From an uncultured Planctomycetota bacterium (lineage in GTDB: Bacteria > Planctomycetota > Planctomycetia > Isosphaerales > Isosphaeraceae): a stretch of DNA of 64,000 nucleotides. The position numbers and the translations under genes were made by a program. The notes under the pieces are model-generated. The model searched no databases. It worked only from the letters and a program-made list of their open reading frames with translations, and was not told the origin of the DNA. The stretch covers positions 800,001 through 864,000 of the forward strand of contig CAWGMQ010000003.1 in assembly GCA_963823665.1 (NCBI GenBank), read 5' to 3'. Below are positions 1-10,161 of this stretch, in pieces. Each line of letters begins with the position of its first letter. The stretch's first letter is position 1.

Positions 1-3000
1 CCGGCCGCTTGATCTCGGCATTCTCGGACCTGCGCGAGGGCGACCAGTTGGTCCATATCGCGACCGACGGTGAATCCTACGGCCACCACCACGCGCACGG
101 CGATATGGCCCTGGCCTCCGCCCTCGAACTTCTCGCCGCTACCCCGGAAATAACTCTGACGAACTACGGCCAGTTTCTCGAAAACCACCCGCCACAGTCT
201 GAAGTCGAGATCTTCGAGAATTCCTCCTGGAGCTGCGCCCATGGCGTCGAGCGCTGGCGGTCGAATTGCGGGTGCAACTCGGGCCGGGCCGGCTGGCATC
301 AAGATTGGCGCAGCCCCTTCGAGCCGCCCTCGATGCTCTCCGCGACAGTGGACGCACCTTGTACGAGCAGCATGCAAGGGAGCTGCTCAAAGATCCTTGG
401 GCCGCCCGCAACGAATACATCGAGATCATCCTCGACCGGTCTCCCGAAACAATCGACGCCTGGTTCGCGCGACACGCGCGACGAGCGCTCTCCGGCGCCG
501 AGCGCGTGCAGGCGATCAAGCTGCTCGAGATGCAGCGCCATTCATTGTTGATGTATACCAGTTGCGGATGGTTCTTCGACGAGATCTCCGGACTTGAGAC
601 AGTCCAGATTCTCCAGTACGCCGCCAGGATGATCCAGCTTGCCGAGGAGACGTGCGGCGCGAGCCTGGAGCCCTCGTTTCTCGAGCAATTGTCCCTCGCT
701 CCCAGCAATCTCCCTGACCTTCACCCCACCGGGCGCGAAGTCTACGAGAAATTCGTGAGCACCTTCCGGCTCGGCTGGCAGAATGTCGCCGCCCACTTCG
801 CCGTCGCCTCGCTCTTCCGGTCCGTCGAGGAATCATCTCAGATCTCCTGCTACGACGTCGTCCAGAACGCAGCACAAGTCCGCGAGGCCGGAAGCGTCAA
901 GCTGTTGGTCGGCCAGGCGCGTCTCGAATCCCGCATCACCCTGGAGTCCTGGCACTTCGCCTATTCCGCCCTGCACCTCGGCGATCACAACGTGAACGCC
1001 GGCGTGATCGCCTACCCCGGCGACCAGCCCTACGAGGAGATCGCCGCTCAACTGGCTGAAGCCTTCGCAACCGTCGAAACGCCCCAGATCATTCGCCTCA
1101 TGGATCGCTTCTTTGGTGAGGCTGGCTACTCGATCGCCTCTCTCTTCCGCGACCTCCAGCGCCAGGTGCTCAAGAGTCTCTTCCGCGAGCGCCTCACCAT
1201 GATCACCGAGATGTATCAGCGCGTCTTCGATTCCAACCTGCCGCTGATGCGGTTCCTCCAGCACCTCTCGGCACCCATTCCGATGCCCCTCCACGCGACC
1301 GCCGAGGTCCTCTTCAACTCCGACTTGCGATGGGCGCTCAAGGACGACGCCCCGGACTTCGATCAGATAAGGCGCCTCTTTCATGAGGCGCAGACATGGA
1401 GCCTCCCGCTGGACGGCAACGGACTCAGCTACCAGCTCACCAAGACGCTCGACCGCGCCGCCCAGCGCTGGCTGGCTGAGCCGGATCAGCTCGAACCCCT
1501 GAACGTCCTGGCGTCCGGCATCGACCTGGCGCGCGAGCTCCCGTTCGAGCCCAATATCTGGACGCCGCAGAACGTCTACTTCGAGGTGCGCGGTCGCGTC
1601 TTCGAACAAATGGCCGAACAGGCGGCCCAGAGCGAGGCCGCTGCAAATTGGGTCAATGAATTCTTGAGCCTCGGCGAAAAGCTGGGAATTGTCGTCGAAG
1701 CCGAAAAAAAAAAGAGCCTCCAGTTGGGGGCCCGCCCCAGGATCGAGCTCTTGATCGATGAGTGCTTGGGCTCCCGTCACGTCCCGAGCGCAACCTATCG
1801 CCTCCAGTTGAACAGCGACTTCTCCTTCGAGGCCGCGCAAGCCCTCGTTCCCTACCTGCACGCCCTGGGCGCGAGCGACGTCTACGTCTCACCTATCCTC
1901 CAGGCGCGGCCCGGCAGTCGCCACGGCTACGACGTCTGCGATCACTCCCGGATCAGCGAAGATCTGGGCGGCGAGCCCGCGCTGCTCGACCTGGCCGCGG
2001 CCCTCGAAGCCCGGAACATGGGCCTGGTGCTCGACGTCGTCCCCAACCATATGGCTGTGGGAAACGCGGCCAATGCCTGGTGGGCAGATGTGCTCGAGCA
2101 CGGCGCCAGCTCGCATTACGCGGAGTTCTTCGACATCGACTGGCACCCGACCAACCCCGATCTGAAAGACAAGGTCCTCCTCCCTATCCTGGGCGATCAG
2201 TATGGCAAGACCCTCGAGGCCAGGCAGCTCCAGCTCTCGTACGGCGCCGGCGGCTTCCTCATCCACTATTACGACTCAACCCTCCCGGTCTCGCCGCGAT
2301 CCTATCTCCGGATTCTCTCGCCCCAGATCGAAGAGTTGACCCGCCGCTTGGGCGATGACCATGACCAGTTGCTGGAATACCGCAGCATTCTCACCGCCCT
2401 CAAACACCTTCCGCCGCCCACCGGCCTTCAAGAAGAACGCCAGGCCGAGCGGTATCGCGAAGTCGCAATCATCAAGAGGCGCCTCGCGGCCCTCGCGGAA
2501 GCAAGCCCCGACGTGCTCACGATGGTCACCGCCGCGGTCGATCGCTTCAACGGGCGGATCGGCAGCTCGGAAAGCTTCGACGAGCTCGACGCCCTGATCG
2601 CCGATCAGTCCTACCGGCCGGCTTTCTGGCGCGTCGCGATGGACGAGATCAATTACCGCCGCTTCTTCGACATCAATGAGCTGGCCGCGATCCGCATCGA
2701 AAACCCTCGCGTATTCGACGCCACACACGACGTGATCTTCCGCATCCTCGCCGGTGTCCCTCGTTGTGGTCTTCGGATCGATCATCCCGACGGGCTGTAC
2801 AACCCCGCACGCTACTTCCAGAACCTTCAAGAACGCTATCTGCTCGACCAGCTCCAGGCACGACTCGAGGGCGCCCCCTTGACCTCCCCGATCAGGCGCG
2901 AGGCTCTTTCTGCCCTGTCGGCACACCTGGCCAACGGAAAGCCCGCCCCCCTCTACGTCGTCGTCGAGAAAATCCTGGGCGAAGACGAGCCCTTGCCCCA

Positions 3001-4747
3001 TGACTGGCGCGTCGATGGTACCAGCGGATACGACTTCTTGAACGCCTGCAACCGCCTTTTCGTCCAGGAGCAGAGTGTCGCCGCTCTCGAACGCCTCTAC
3101 CACGAGCTCACCGCCGAAACCCGCAGCCTGGGCACACTCGTTCGCGATTGCAAACAAATCATAATGCAAACATCAATGGCAAGCGAGATCATCACCTTGA
3201 GTCACCAGCTCGACCGGATCACCGAGCGGAACAGGCGCTACCGTGACTTCACTTTCAGCAACTTGAGGCACGCAATCCGCGAGTTCATCGCCAGTCTGGC
3301 CATCTATCGCAGCTACACAACGCCCGACGCCAGGGTCTCCGACCGCGACCGCCATTTCATCGAGCTCGCTTGTGAACAAGCCAAGCTGGTCAATCAGCGC
3401 GTCTCCGAGGGCATCTTCGACTTCATCCGCGACACCGTCCTGCTGAGCAGTTTGGATCAGTTTCCCCCCGGCGACCGCCCGCGCATCCTCGACTGGGTCC
3501 TCCGCTTCCAGCAGGTCACGGGCCCGATCATGGCCAAGGGCATCGAAGACACAGCCTTTTACGTCTATAACAAGCTGATTTCGCTCAACGAAGTCGGAGG
3601 GCACCCGGATCGCTGCGAATCGACCCTTGAGGCTTTCCACAACCTCAATGCCGAACACGCAGAGCACTGGCCGTGCACCATGCTCTGCTCGTCCACCCAC
3701 GACACGAAACGCAGCGAGGACGTCCGCGCTCGGTTGAGCGTCCTCTCCGAGCTCGTCGACGACTGGGCCCAATCGATCGCCCAGTGGTTCGAGCTCACCA
3801 GGAATCACCTCGCACAAGTCGACGGAAAACCCGCTCCCACCGCCAACGACCGGTACCTCCTCTTTCAGACCCTGCTGGGCACCTGGCCCGACCCCACCCC
3901 GGCTTCTTCGCAAGAGCTTGCGGTCTATCGCGATCGCATCCTTGCCTATATGGAGAAGGCCATAAAGGAAGCGAAGCAGAACAGCAACTGGGTCAACCCG
4001 AACGTGCAGTACGACGAGGCCGTCCGCTCCTTCGTCGCCACCTTGCTCTCGGACCGCCCGGACAATCCCTTCCGCAAATCGTTCGCCCCATTCGCGCGGC
4101 GCGTAGCCCGTCTGGGCCGCTTCAATTCCCTCGCCCAGGTGGTGCTGAAACTTACCGCCCCGGGTGTTCCTGACATCTACCAGGGTAACGAAATCTGGGA
4201 TTTCAGCCTGGTCGATCCCGACAATCGACGCCCCGTCTGCTTTGAGAGCCGCGCCAGGATCCTCGACTCCCTCCGCCCATTGCTCGACCAACCCACCGAA
4301 AACCTCGACCGGCAAGTCGCGGACTTGTTGGCCCACGCGATCGACGGACGTATCAAGATGTACGTCACGTCTCGCTTGCTTCGTCACCGCCAGTCAAATC
4401 CCGAGCTGTTCAAGTTTGGGAGCTACCTGCCAGTCAAGCCCGTCGGCTCGAAGGCAGAATGTCTCTGTGCATTCCAGCGCCAGCACAACGACCGCGCCCT
4501 GATCGTCGCGACTTGCATTCGACCGGCAAGCGTCGCGCCAGAGGAAACTGCCCCTCCAGTCGGAAATGCCGCGTGGGCGGAGACATTCCTACCTTTGCAC
4601 AACTTGCCTTCCGACATGAGACTGACTGAGATCCTGACAGGCCGTGAGCTCCGATCCACGATGGGCCAGGAAGGCGAGGCGCGCCTGGCCCTGAGCCAGG
4701 TTTTCGCGACCCTCCCCGTCGCCGCGATCGCGGCCAGCCCGGCCTAG
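1..4747 (+). CDS. treY: Fusion: GH57/DUF3536 glycoside hydrolase (5'-truncated by window edge) + malto-oligosyltrehalose synthase (GH13); one probable sequencing frameshift near 318
   Basis: ORF 9..551 carries ATDGESYGHH and SWSCAHGVERW. The 266..4747 frame continues with MYTSCGWFFDEISGLE (DUF3536-type), then TreY motifs ATYRLQ, SRHGYDV, DVVPNHM, GLRIDHPDGL, VVEKIL, STHDTKRSED and PGVPDIYQG. Confidence 0.88.
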
Positions 4748-4756
4748 CTTCGAACA

Positions 4757-4937
4757 AAGGTGCCAGGAACCGAAAAAACCTGGTTCCCGCTCCCAGCGAG
4801 GAAAAGGACGTGCTCGACTGAGGACAACGAATCAAGCTTCGGCTCCAGGACGTTGCGGAAATCTCCGCCGTCGCCGCCGGCATCATCCATGGCACCAACG
4901 GGGCCCCTGTCAATAGCCACGGGCTTCAGCCCTTGGC
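4757..4937. repeat. Intergenic REP-like palindromes between convergent treY and oleD
   Basis: GGAACC...GGTTCC inverted pair at ~4767-4788; hairpin GCCACGGGC-TTCA-GCCCTTGGC at 4916-4937. Confidence 0.5.
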
Positions 4938-4996
4938 ACCATGAACTACGGCCACATCGCGCTTTCACCCGGATCGCCACCACCGCTCGCCCATCG

Positions 4997-6007
4997 TCAC
5001 TTCACGCCCCCCAAGTGCTCCTCCAGCAGTCGCATCCCCTGCTCAATACTGATCCTTGGCTCATACCCCAAATCGCGCCGCGCCGCGTCGATCTTGAACC
5101 AGTGCGTCGTCGAAAGCTGGCGAACCAGAAATCGTGTGAGCGGCGGCTCGGCCGTTTGACCCGACAGCAAGTAGCCCAGCTCGAGCAGCCCGGCCGTAGC
5201 AATCGCCACCGGCCGCTTGATCGATCGCCTCACCGGCGCCATGCCCGCGGCGGCCAGCAGCCGGTCGATCATTGTCCACAGGGGAATGATCTCGCCCTGT
5301 GTGACAAAATAAACCTTGCCCGCGATCGGACTGCCCGGCTCAAGCATGTCGGCGGCCAGGAAGTGGGCCTGGGCCGCATTGTCGATGTAAATCGGGTCAA
5401 TCTTCGGCTCACCGTCGCCGATGCGACGCAACCGCCCACTTTGCGCCCGTGAAATGATCCTGGGCAAGAGGTTGTTGTCTCCCGGCCCCCAGATCAAATG
5501 CGGGCGAATCGACACCGCTGCGAGGTCCTTGCCGTTCGCCGCGATGATGAGCTGCTCGGCGCAGCGCTTTTGTCTTGGGATAGCTGGCATCAAACCGGCT
5601 CGGGTAAGGCGCCGTCTCGTCGGCTCCCTCCATCGCGCGGCCGTTGAACACCACGCTCGGCGAGCTCGTGAAGATGATCCGTCGCGCCCCCAGCCGCCGG
5701 CAGGCGTCGATCACATTCGTCGTTCCCTGCACGTTCACGCGCTCATACTCACGCTCCGGTCCCCACAGGCCGGCCTTCGCCGCCGTGTGGAAGACCGTCC
5801 GGCAACCCTCGACGGCGCGATCGACCGCAGCCGCGTCGGAGACATCGCCTTGGATCTGCTCGACTTCGAGTTTGGCGAGGTGCGAATAATACCGCCGCGA
5901 AAGGCTGCGCACAGGCAATCCACGTCGCGCGCAAACGCGACCAGCGCGCTGCCCAGGAACCCGCCGCCGCCGGTCACCAGAACCTTGCCCAGCCCGGAAT
6001 CGCTCAT
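4997..6007 (-). CDS. oleD: 2-alkyl-3-oxoalkanoate reductase OleD (extended SDR, 3-beta-HSD family); two frameshifts (~5935, ~5563)
   Basis: Pieces in three frames: KVLVTGGGGFLG; FHTAAKAG...TSSPSVVF...YPKTKA; IRPHLIWGPGD. The ATG overlaps the oleC stop (ATGA). Confidence 0.85.
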
Positions 6008-7710
6008 GACAGCTTTCTCGTCGCCCACTCGGCCAGCTTTTCGCGGAAGATCTTGGCGTTGTGCCGCGCATCCACCGGAAAGCTAGGGTGAAATAAGATC
6101 GTTCGAATGTTCATGGTGTGCGCGAATAAAGCCCCGCGCTCGAGAAGCTCTCGCGCAACCCGTTGCCGCTCGACACGAGTTAATCGCCGTACAGGCTCGA
6201 CGCAGATCACCGGCGTCACCTCGCCCTTGACGAGTGCTCCCACAAGCGCCGTCCTCGCCACTTCCGGATGCGCGTTGAAGATTGCCTCGCACGGAATCGT
6301 GAAATACGTCTGCCCGCGAGCGATCACCCGGTGCAACTTGCGGCCGCAGAACCAGAGCCTTCCCTTCTCGTCTCGATAGCCGACGTCGCCCATGCGATGC
6401 AAGACAGCGTCGCCTTGGGCACTCTTGATCTTGGCGAGTGCCGTTGCTTCCGGTCGATCGAAATACGCACGCGTCACAACCGGCCCCGACACCACAAACT
6501 CACCGATCTCCCCGTTCGAGACCAGCAAGTCTCCAGACCAGGTCGCGATCGGTCGATCATGGATCGAGATCACCTCGACCTCCATCCCATTCGCCGGCGT
6601 GCCCACGCAGACGCCCATCCCGCGCTCGGTCGCCGCCCGCGTCTCGCTCAGGATTTCGTCGCTGCCGATCGATGCGACGGGAAGTGACTCGGTCGCCCCG
6701 TACGGCGTGTAAATCTGCGCGGGTGGATCGATCAGCCGCGCCAGTCGCTCGATCAGCGCCGCCGAGACCGGGGCCCCCGCGGAGATGATCCGCTTGAGCG
6801 TCGGCAATCGGATCGCGGAAGCCTCGGCTCCCTCGGCCAGCCGCCGCAGCAAGGCCGGCGACCCGAACAGGTTGGTAATGCCGAAGTCTTCAACCGCCTC
6901 GAAAAGCTTGAACGGGTCGACCCGCGCGGGCCGAGTCGGATCCATGTCGGGAACCACCGCCGTCATCCCGAGTGCCGGTGCGAACAAGGCAAACAGCGGG
7001 AACGTGCACAGATCAATCTCGCCCGGCTCGATCTTGTAGAGCGCACGGAACGCATTCACCTGCGCAAGGAAGATCGCGTGCGAATAGACCGCCCCTTTGG
7101 GCGGGCCCGTGCTGCCGCTGGTAAAGAGGATCGCGGCCGTTTCATCGGTCGCTCCCGGAGTGACCAGAGGCGCACTGCCGGGCTGCTTGGCGAGCTCGTA
7201 GTTTCCCGCGAAACGCAGGTATTCAAGTGTCTTGATTTTTTCCCCGAACGACGGCACGCCGGGGCCGACCCACACCCGCTGCTTCACGGTCCGGCCGCCC
7301 CAGGCAAGGATCCGCTGCGCCGCGATCGCCTTCGGTATGCCGATGAACGCGTCGGGTGCCGCTTGTGCGCAGCAATGGGCAAGACCCTTCATACCGATGC
7401 CCGGATCGATCACGACCGGAACAATGCCCGCCTTGAAGAGCGCAAACACCAGGGAAAAGAAGTCGAGGCCGGGGCGAACCATCAGCACGGCCCGAGCTCC
7501 GCGCTCGATCCCCGCGGCGTAGAGGCCAAGGGCAATCGCATCGCTGTCGCGGTCGAGCCCACGGTACGTGAGATGCGTGTAACACGCGCGTCCGGCGTGG
7601 TCTCTTCCCGCCGGCGCGATCACCGCCGGCTTGTACGGCTCGCTCGCCGCCATCGCGACCAGGTGGCCCGCGATGTTCACAGGCTCGCTGAGAACAAGTT
7701 TCTGGCTCAA
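6004..7710 (-). CDS. oleC: Olefin beta-lactone synthetase OleC (AMP-dependent ligase)
   Basis: AAILFTSGSTGPPKG, PYGATESLPV, HRMGDVGY, LWFCGRK and FPVDARHNAKIFR; lies between oleB and oleD. Confidence 0.9.
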   Translation of the reverse strand: MSQKLVLSEPVNIAGHLVAMAASEPYKPAVIAPAGRDHAGRACYTHLTYRGLDRDSDAIALGLYAAGIERGARAVLMVRPGLDFFSLVFALFKAGIVPVVIDPGIGMKGLAHCCAQAAPDAFIGIPKAIAAQRILAWGGRTVKQRVWVGPGVPSFGEKIKTLEYLRFAGNYELAKQPGSAPLVTPGATDETAAILFTSGSTGPPKGAVYSHAIFLAQVNAFRALYKIEPGEIDLCTFPLFALFAPALGMTAVVPDMDPTRPARVDPFKLFEAVEDFGITNLFGSPALLRRLAEGAEASAIRLPTLKRIISAGAPVSAALIERLARLIDPPAQIYTPYGATESLPVASIGSDEILSETRAATERGMGVCVGTPANGMEVEVISIHDRPIATWSGDLLVSNGEIGEFVVSGPVVTRAYFDRPEATALAKIKSAQGDAVLHRMGDVGYRDEKGRLWFCGRKLHRVIARGQTYFTIPCEAIFNAHPEVARTALVGALVKGEVTPVICVEPVRRLTRVERQRVARELLERGALFAHTMNIRTILFHPSFPVDARHNAKIFREKLAEWATRKLS

Positions 7711-8633
7711 CCGACAGGCTCCTCCATGGCAGGCTGCTTCGCGAGGAACTGCTGCACGAGCCCGCTGATCGAATCGGCTTCATCCTCGAACAGATAATGC
7801 CCGGCGTGCGGAAAGCGATGCACCCGTGCCGCGGGAAACTTGCCCTCCCACTCCTCGAGAAAACGGTGATCGAAGACAAAGTCTTTCATGCCCCAAAGGA
7901 TGAGCATGGGAACCGATTGAAGCCGGTGCAGCCGCTCCTGCACCCACGACACCAGCTCGTAGCTGCGATCACCCGGCGCGAGCGGAATGTCCTGGACGAA
8001 TCGATGAACAGCGATCCGATTGCTCCATGAGTCATAGGGGTACACGTACGCCCGCCACAAATCGCGTGGCATCATTCGCCGCTTGCATCCGATCAGCGCC
8101 GTTCCGTGGCAGAATGCGTTGCCGCCCCTGACCATCACCGCCGCCAGCGGCGATCGTCGACAGAAGGCCAGCACGCGCGGCAGCCGTTTCGACTGCGGCA
8201 AATGAAACGCCGCGGTATTCGTCACGACCAGCCGGGCGATCCGTTCTGGATGCCTGGCCGCATAAGCCATGCCGATCATGCCGCCCCAATCGTGCACGAT
8301 CAGCGTGAGCTCGCGATCGAGGCCGAGGTATTCCAGGAGCGCCTCCAGATCATCGACCCGGCTCTCGAGCGTGTAAGCATACCGCGAATCATCGGGCTTT
8401 TCGGAAAGGCCACAGCCGATATGGTCGGGCACGATCACTCGATGCGAGCCGCGCAGCGACTCGATCAAGCGCCGGTAAAGGAACGACCAGGTGGGGTTGC
8501 CGTGAAGCATCACCACCGGATCGCCCGCGCCTTCGTCGATGTAATGAAGCCGCAGCCCGCGGCAGTCGAAATCGCGCCCGGGGTGGTTCGACAGGAACGC
8601 CTCGAGCACTTGCCGTACTTTCTTGATCGTCAT
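7707..8633 (-). CDS. oleB: Beta-lactone decarboxylase OleB (haloalkane-dehalogenase-like alpha/beta hydrolase)
   Basis: HGNPTWSFLYR, PDHIGCGLS, VHDWGG nucleophile elbow, WGMKDFVF and AGHYLFED; overlaps the oleC start. Confidence 0.9.
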   Translation of the reverse strand: MTIKKVRQVLEAFLSNHPGRDFDCRGLRLHYIDEGAGDPVVMLHGNPTWSFLYRRLIESLRGSHRVIVPDHIGCGLSEKPDDSRYAYTLESRVDDLEALLEYLGLDRELTLIVHDWGGMIGMAYAARHPERIARLVVTNTAAFHLPQSKRLPRVLAFCRRSPLAAVMVRGGNAFCHGTALIGCKRRMMPRDLWRAYVYPYDSWSNRIAVHRFVQDIPLAPGDRSYELVSWVQERLHRLQSVPMLILWGMKDFVFDHRFLEEWEGKFPAARVHRFPHAGHYLFEDEADSISGLVQQFLAKQPAMEEPVG

Positions 8634-8646
8634 AGCTCCGCGAGTT

Positions 8647-10122
8647 TCAGGCGATAATCGGGGTGATCACCTTGCCGGCCACGTCCGTCAGGCGAAATCG
8701 TCTGCCGTTGTACTTGAACGTGAGTCGTTCGTGATCGAGACCGAGCAGCCGCAGGATCGTCGCGTGGAGGTCGTTGATGGGCACGCGGTCGACCACGGAA
8801 TGATACCCGATCTCGTCGGTTGCGCCGTAGGAGACGCCCCCCTTCACTCCCCCGCCAGCAAGCCAACAAGTGAACGCGTGCGGATTGTGGTCGCGGCCCG
8901 GTTTCTGGGCCTTCTGGGCAATCGGCAACCTGCCAAACTCGCCGCCCCAGATCACCAGTGTTTCGTCGAGAAGCCCGCGCTGTTCCAGATCCGCCAGCAG
9001 CCCGGCCACGGGCTTTTCAGTCTCGCCAGCGAACTGCTCGTGATTTCCCTTGATATCGATGTGTCCATCCCACGACCGCTCGTTCTCCATTCCGCCCGAA
9101 TAGATCTGGACGAACCGGACGCCGCGCTCGATCAATCGCCGGGCCACCAGGCACTGCCTGGCAACGTGGTCGCACCGCGGGTCATCGAGACCGTACAGCT
9201 TCTGTATGTGAGCAGGCTCGCGATCGATCTCGATCGCCTCCGGCGCCGCGCTTTGCATGCGATAGGCAAGCTCGAAGCTCTCGATCCTCGCAGTCAGCTC
9301 TGATTCGGCGGCAAGCCGCTCGTGATGAAGCTCATTCAAGTTGCGCAAGTAGTCGAGCTGCGCCCGCTGCTCGCCGTCGCTCATCGCCGCGGCCCGTTCG
9401 AGGTTGTCGATCGGCGCCCCCTTGGGGTGCAGATGCGTGCCCTGAAACACTCCCGGCAGAAACGCCGCACCCCAGTTCGCCGCGTGCCCCTTGGGCAGCC
9501 CCCGGCCCCGCGGGTCGCTCATGACCACGAAGCCCGGGAGATCCTGCGACTCGCTCCCCAGTCCGTAAGTCACCCACGAGCCCACGCACGGATAACCCAT
9601 GCGCGGAAAGCCCGTGTTCATCATGAAGAGCGCGGGCGAGTGGTTGTTCGACTCGGTGAACCCGGAGTGGATGAACGCCATCTTGTCGACGTGCTCACCC
9701 AGATTGGGGAAGATCTCCGAGACCATCTTGCCGCATTCGCCCCGCGCGCTGAATTTGAACGGCGACTTCATCAGACCGCCGACCGCGTCCTTGAAGAACC
9801 CCGTGGTGTTCTTGAAGCCCGGGTCAAACTCCTTGATCGATTTGCCGTCCCACTTCGCCAGCCCCGGCTTAAAATCCCAGGTATCAACATGGCTGGGCCC
9901 GCCGTTCACAAAGAACCAGATCACTCGCTTTGCCTTGCCGGGCAAATGCCCGGGCCGTATCGCCATCGGGTTTTGAGAAAGCTTGGCCGCCACGTCGTTC
10001 GGGCCCGCGCCCGAGTCGGCGCGCGCCTGTTCGAGCATTCCCTCCGACTGCAACAAGCTCGCAAGACCCAGCAGCCCGAAGCCGCCCCCAGCCCGCCCGA
10101 GAAGTTGCCGGCGCGTCAACAT
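8647..10122 (-). CDS. DUF1501 family protein with Tat-like signal
   Basis: TRRQLL N-terminus; GGPSHVDTWD, SFELAYRMQ, ERGVRFVQIY, WGGEFGR and GRDHNP motifs; GGAG upstream of ATG 10122. Confidence 0.9.
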   Translation of the reverse strand: MLTRRQLLGRAGGGFGLLGLASLLQSEGMLEQARADSGAGPNDVAAKLSQNPMAIRPGHLPGKAKRVIWFFVNGGPSHVDTWDFKPGLAKWDGKSIKEFDPGFKNTTGFFKDAVGGLMKSPFKFSARGECGKMVSEIFPNLGEHVDKMAFIHSGFTESNNHSPALFMMNTGFPRMGYPCVGSWVTYGLGSESQDLPGFVVMSDPRGRGLPKGHAANWGAAFLPGVFQGTHLHPKGAPIDNLERAAAMSDGEQRAQLDYLRNLNELHHERLAAESELTARIESFELAYRMQSAAPEAIEIDREPAHIQKLYGLDDPRCDHVARQCLVARRLIERGVRFVQIYSGGMENERSWDGHIDIKGNHEQFAGETEKPVAGLLADLEQRGLLDETLVIWGGEFGRLPIAQKAQKPGRDHNPHAFTCWLAGGGVKGGVSYGATDEIGYHSVVDRVPINDLHATILRLLGLDHERLTFKYNGRRFRLTDVAGKVITPIIA

Positions 10123-10161
10123 GAAAAGCTCCGTGGAAAGCACCGCAAAAGCACCAGTGTG

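Noticed and set aside
7707..8633. Haloalkane dehalogenase
   Set aside because: Context with oleA, oleC and oleD indicates OleB, which shares this fold.
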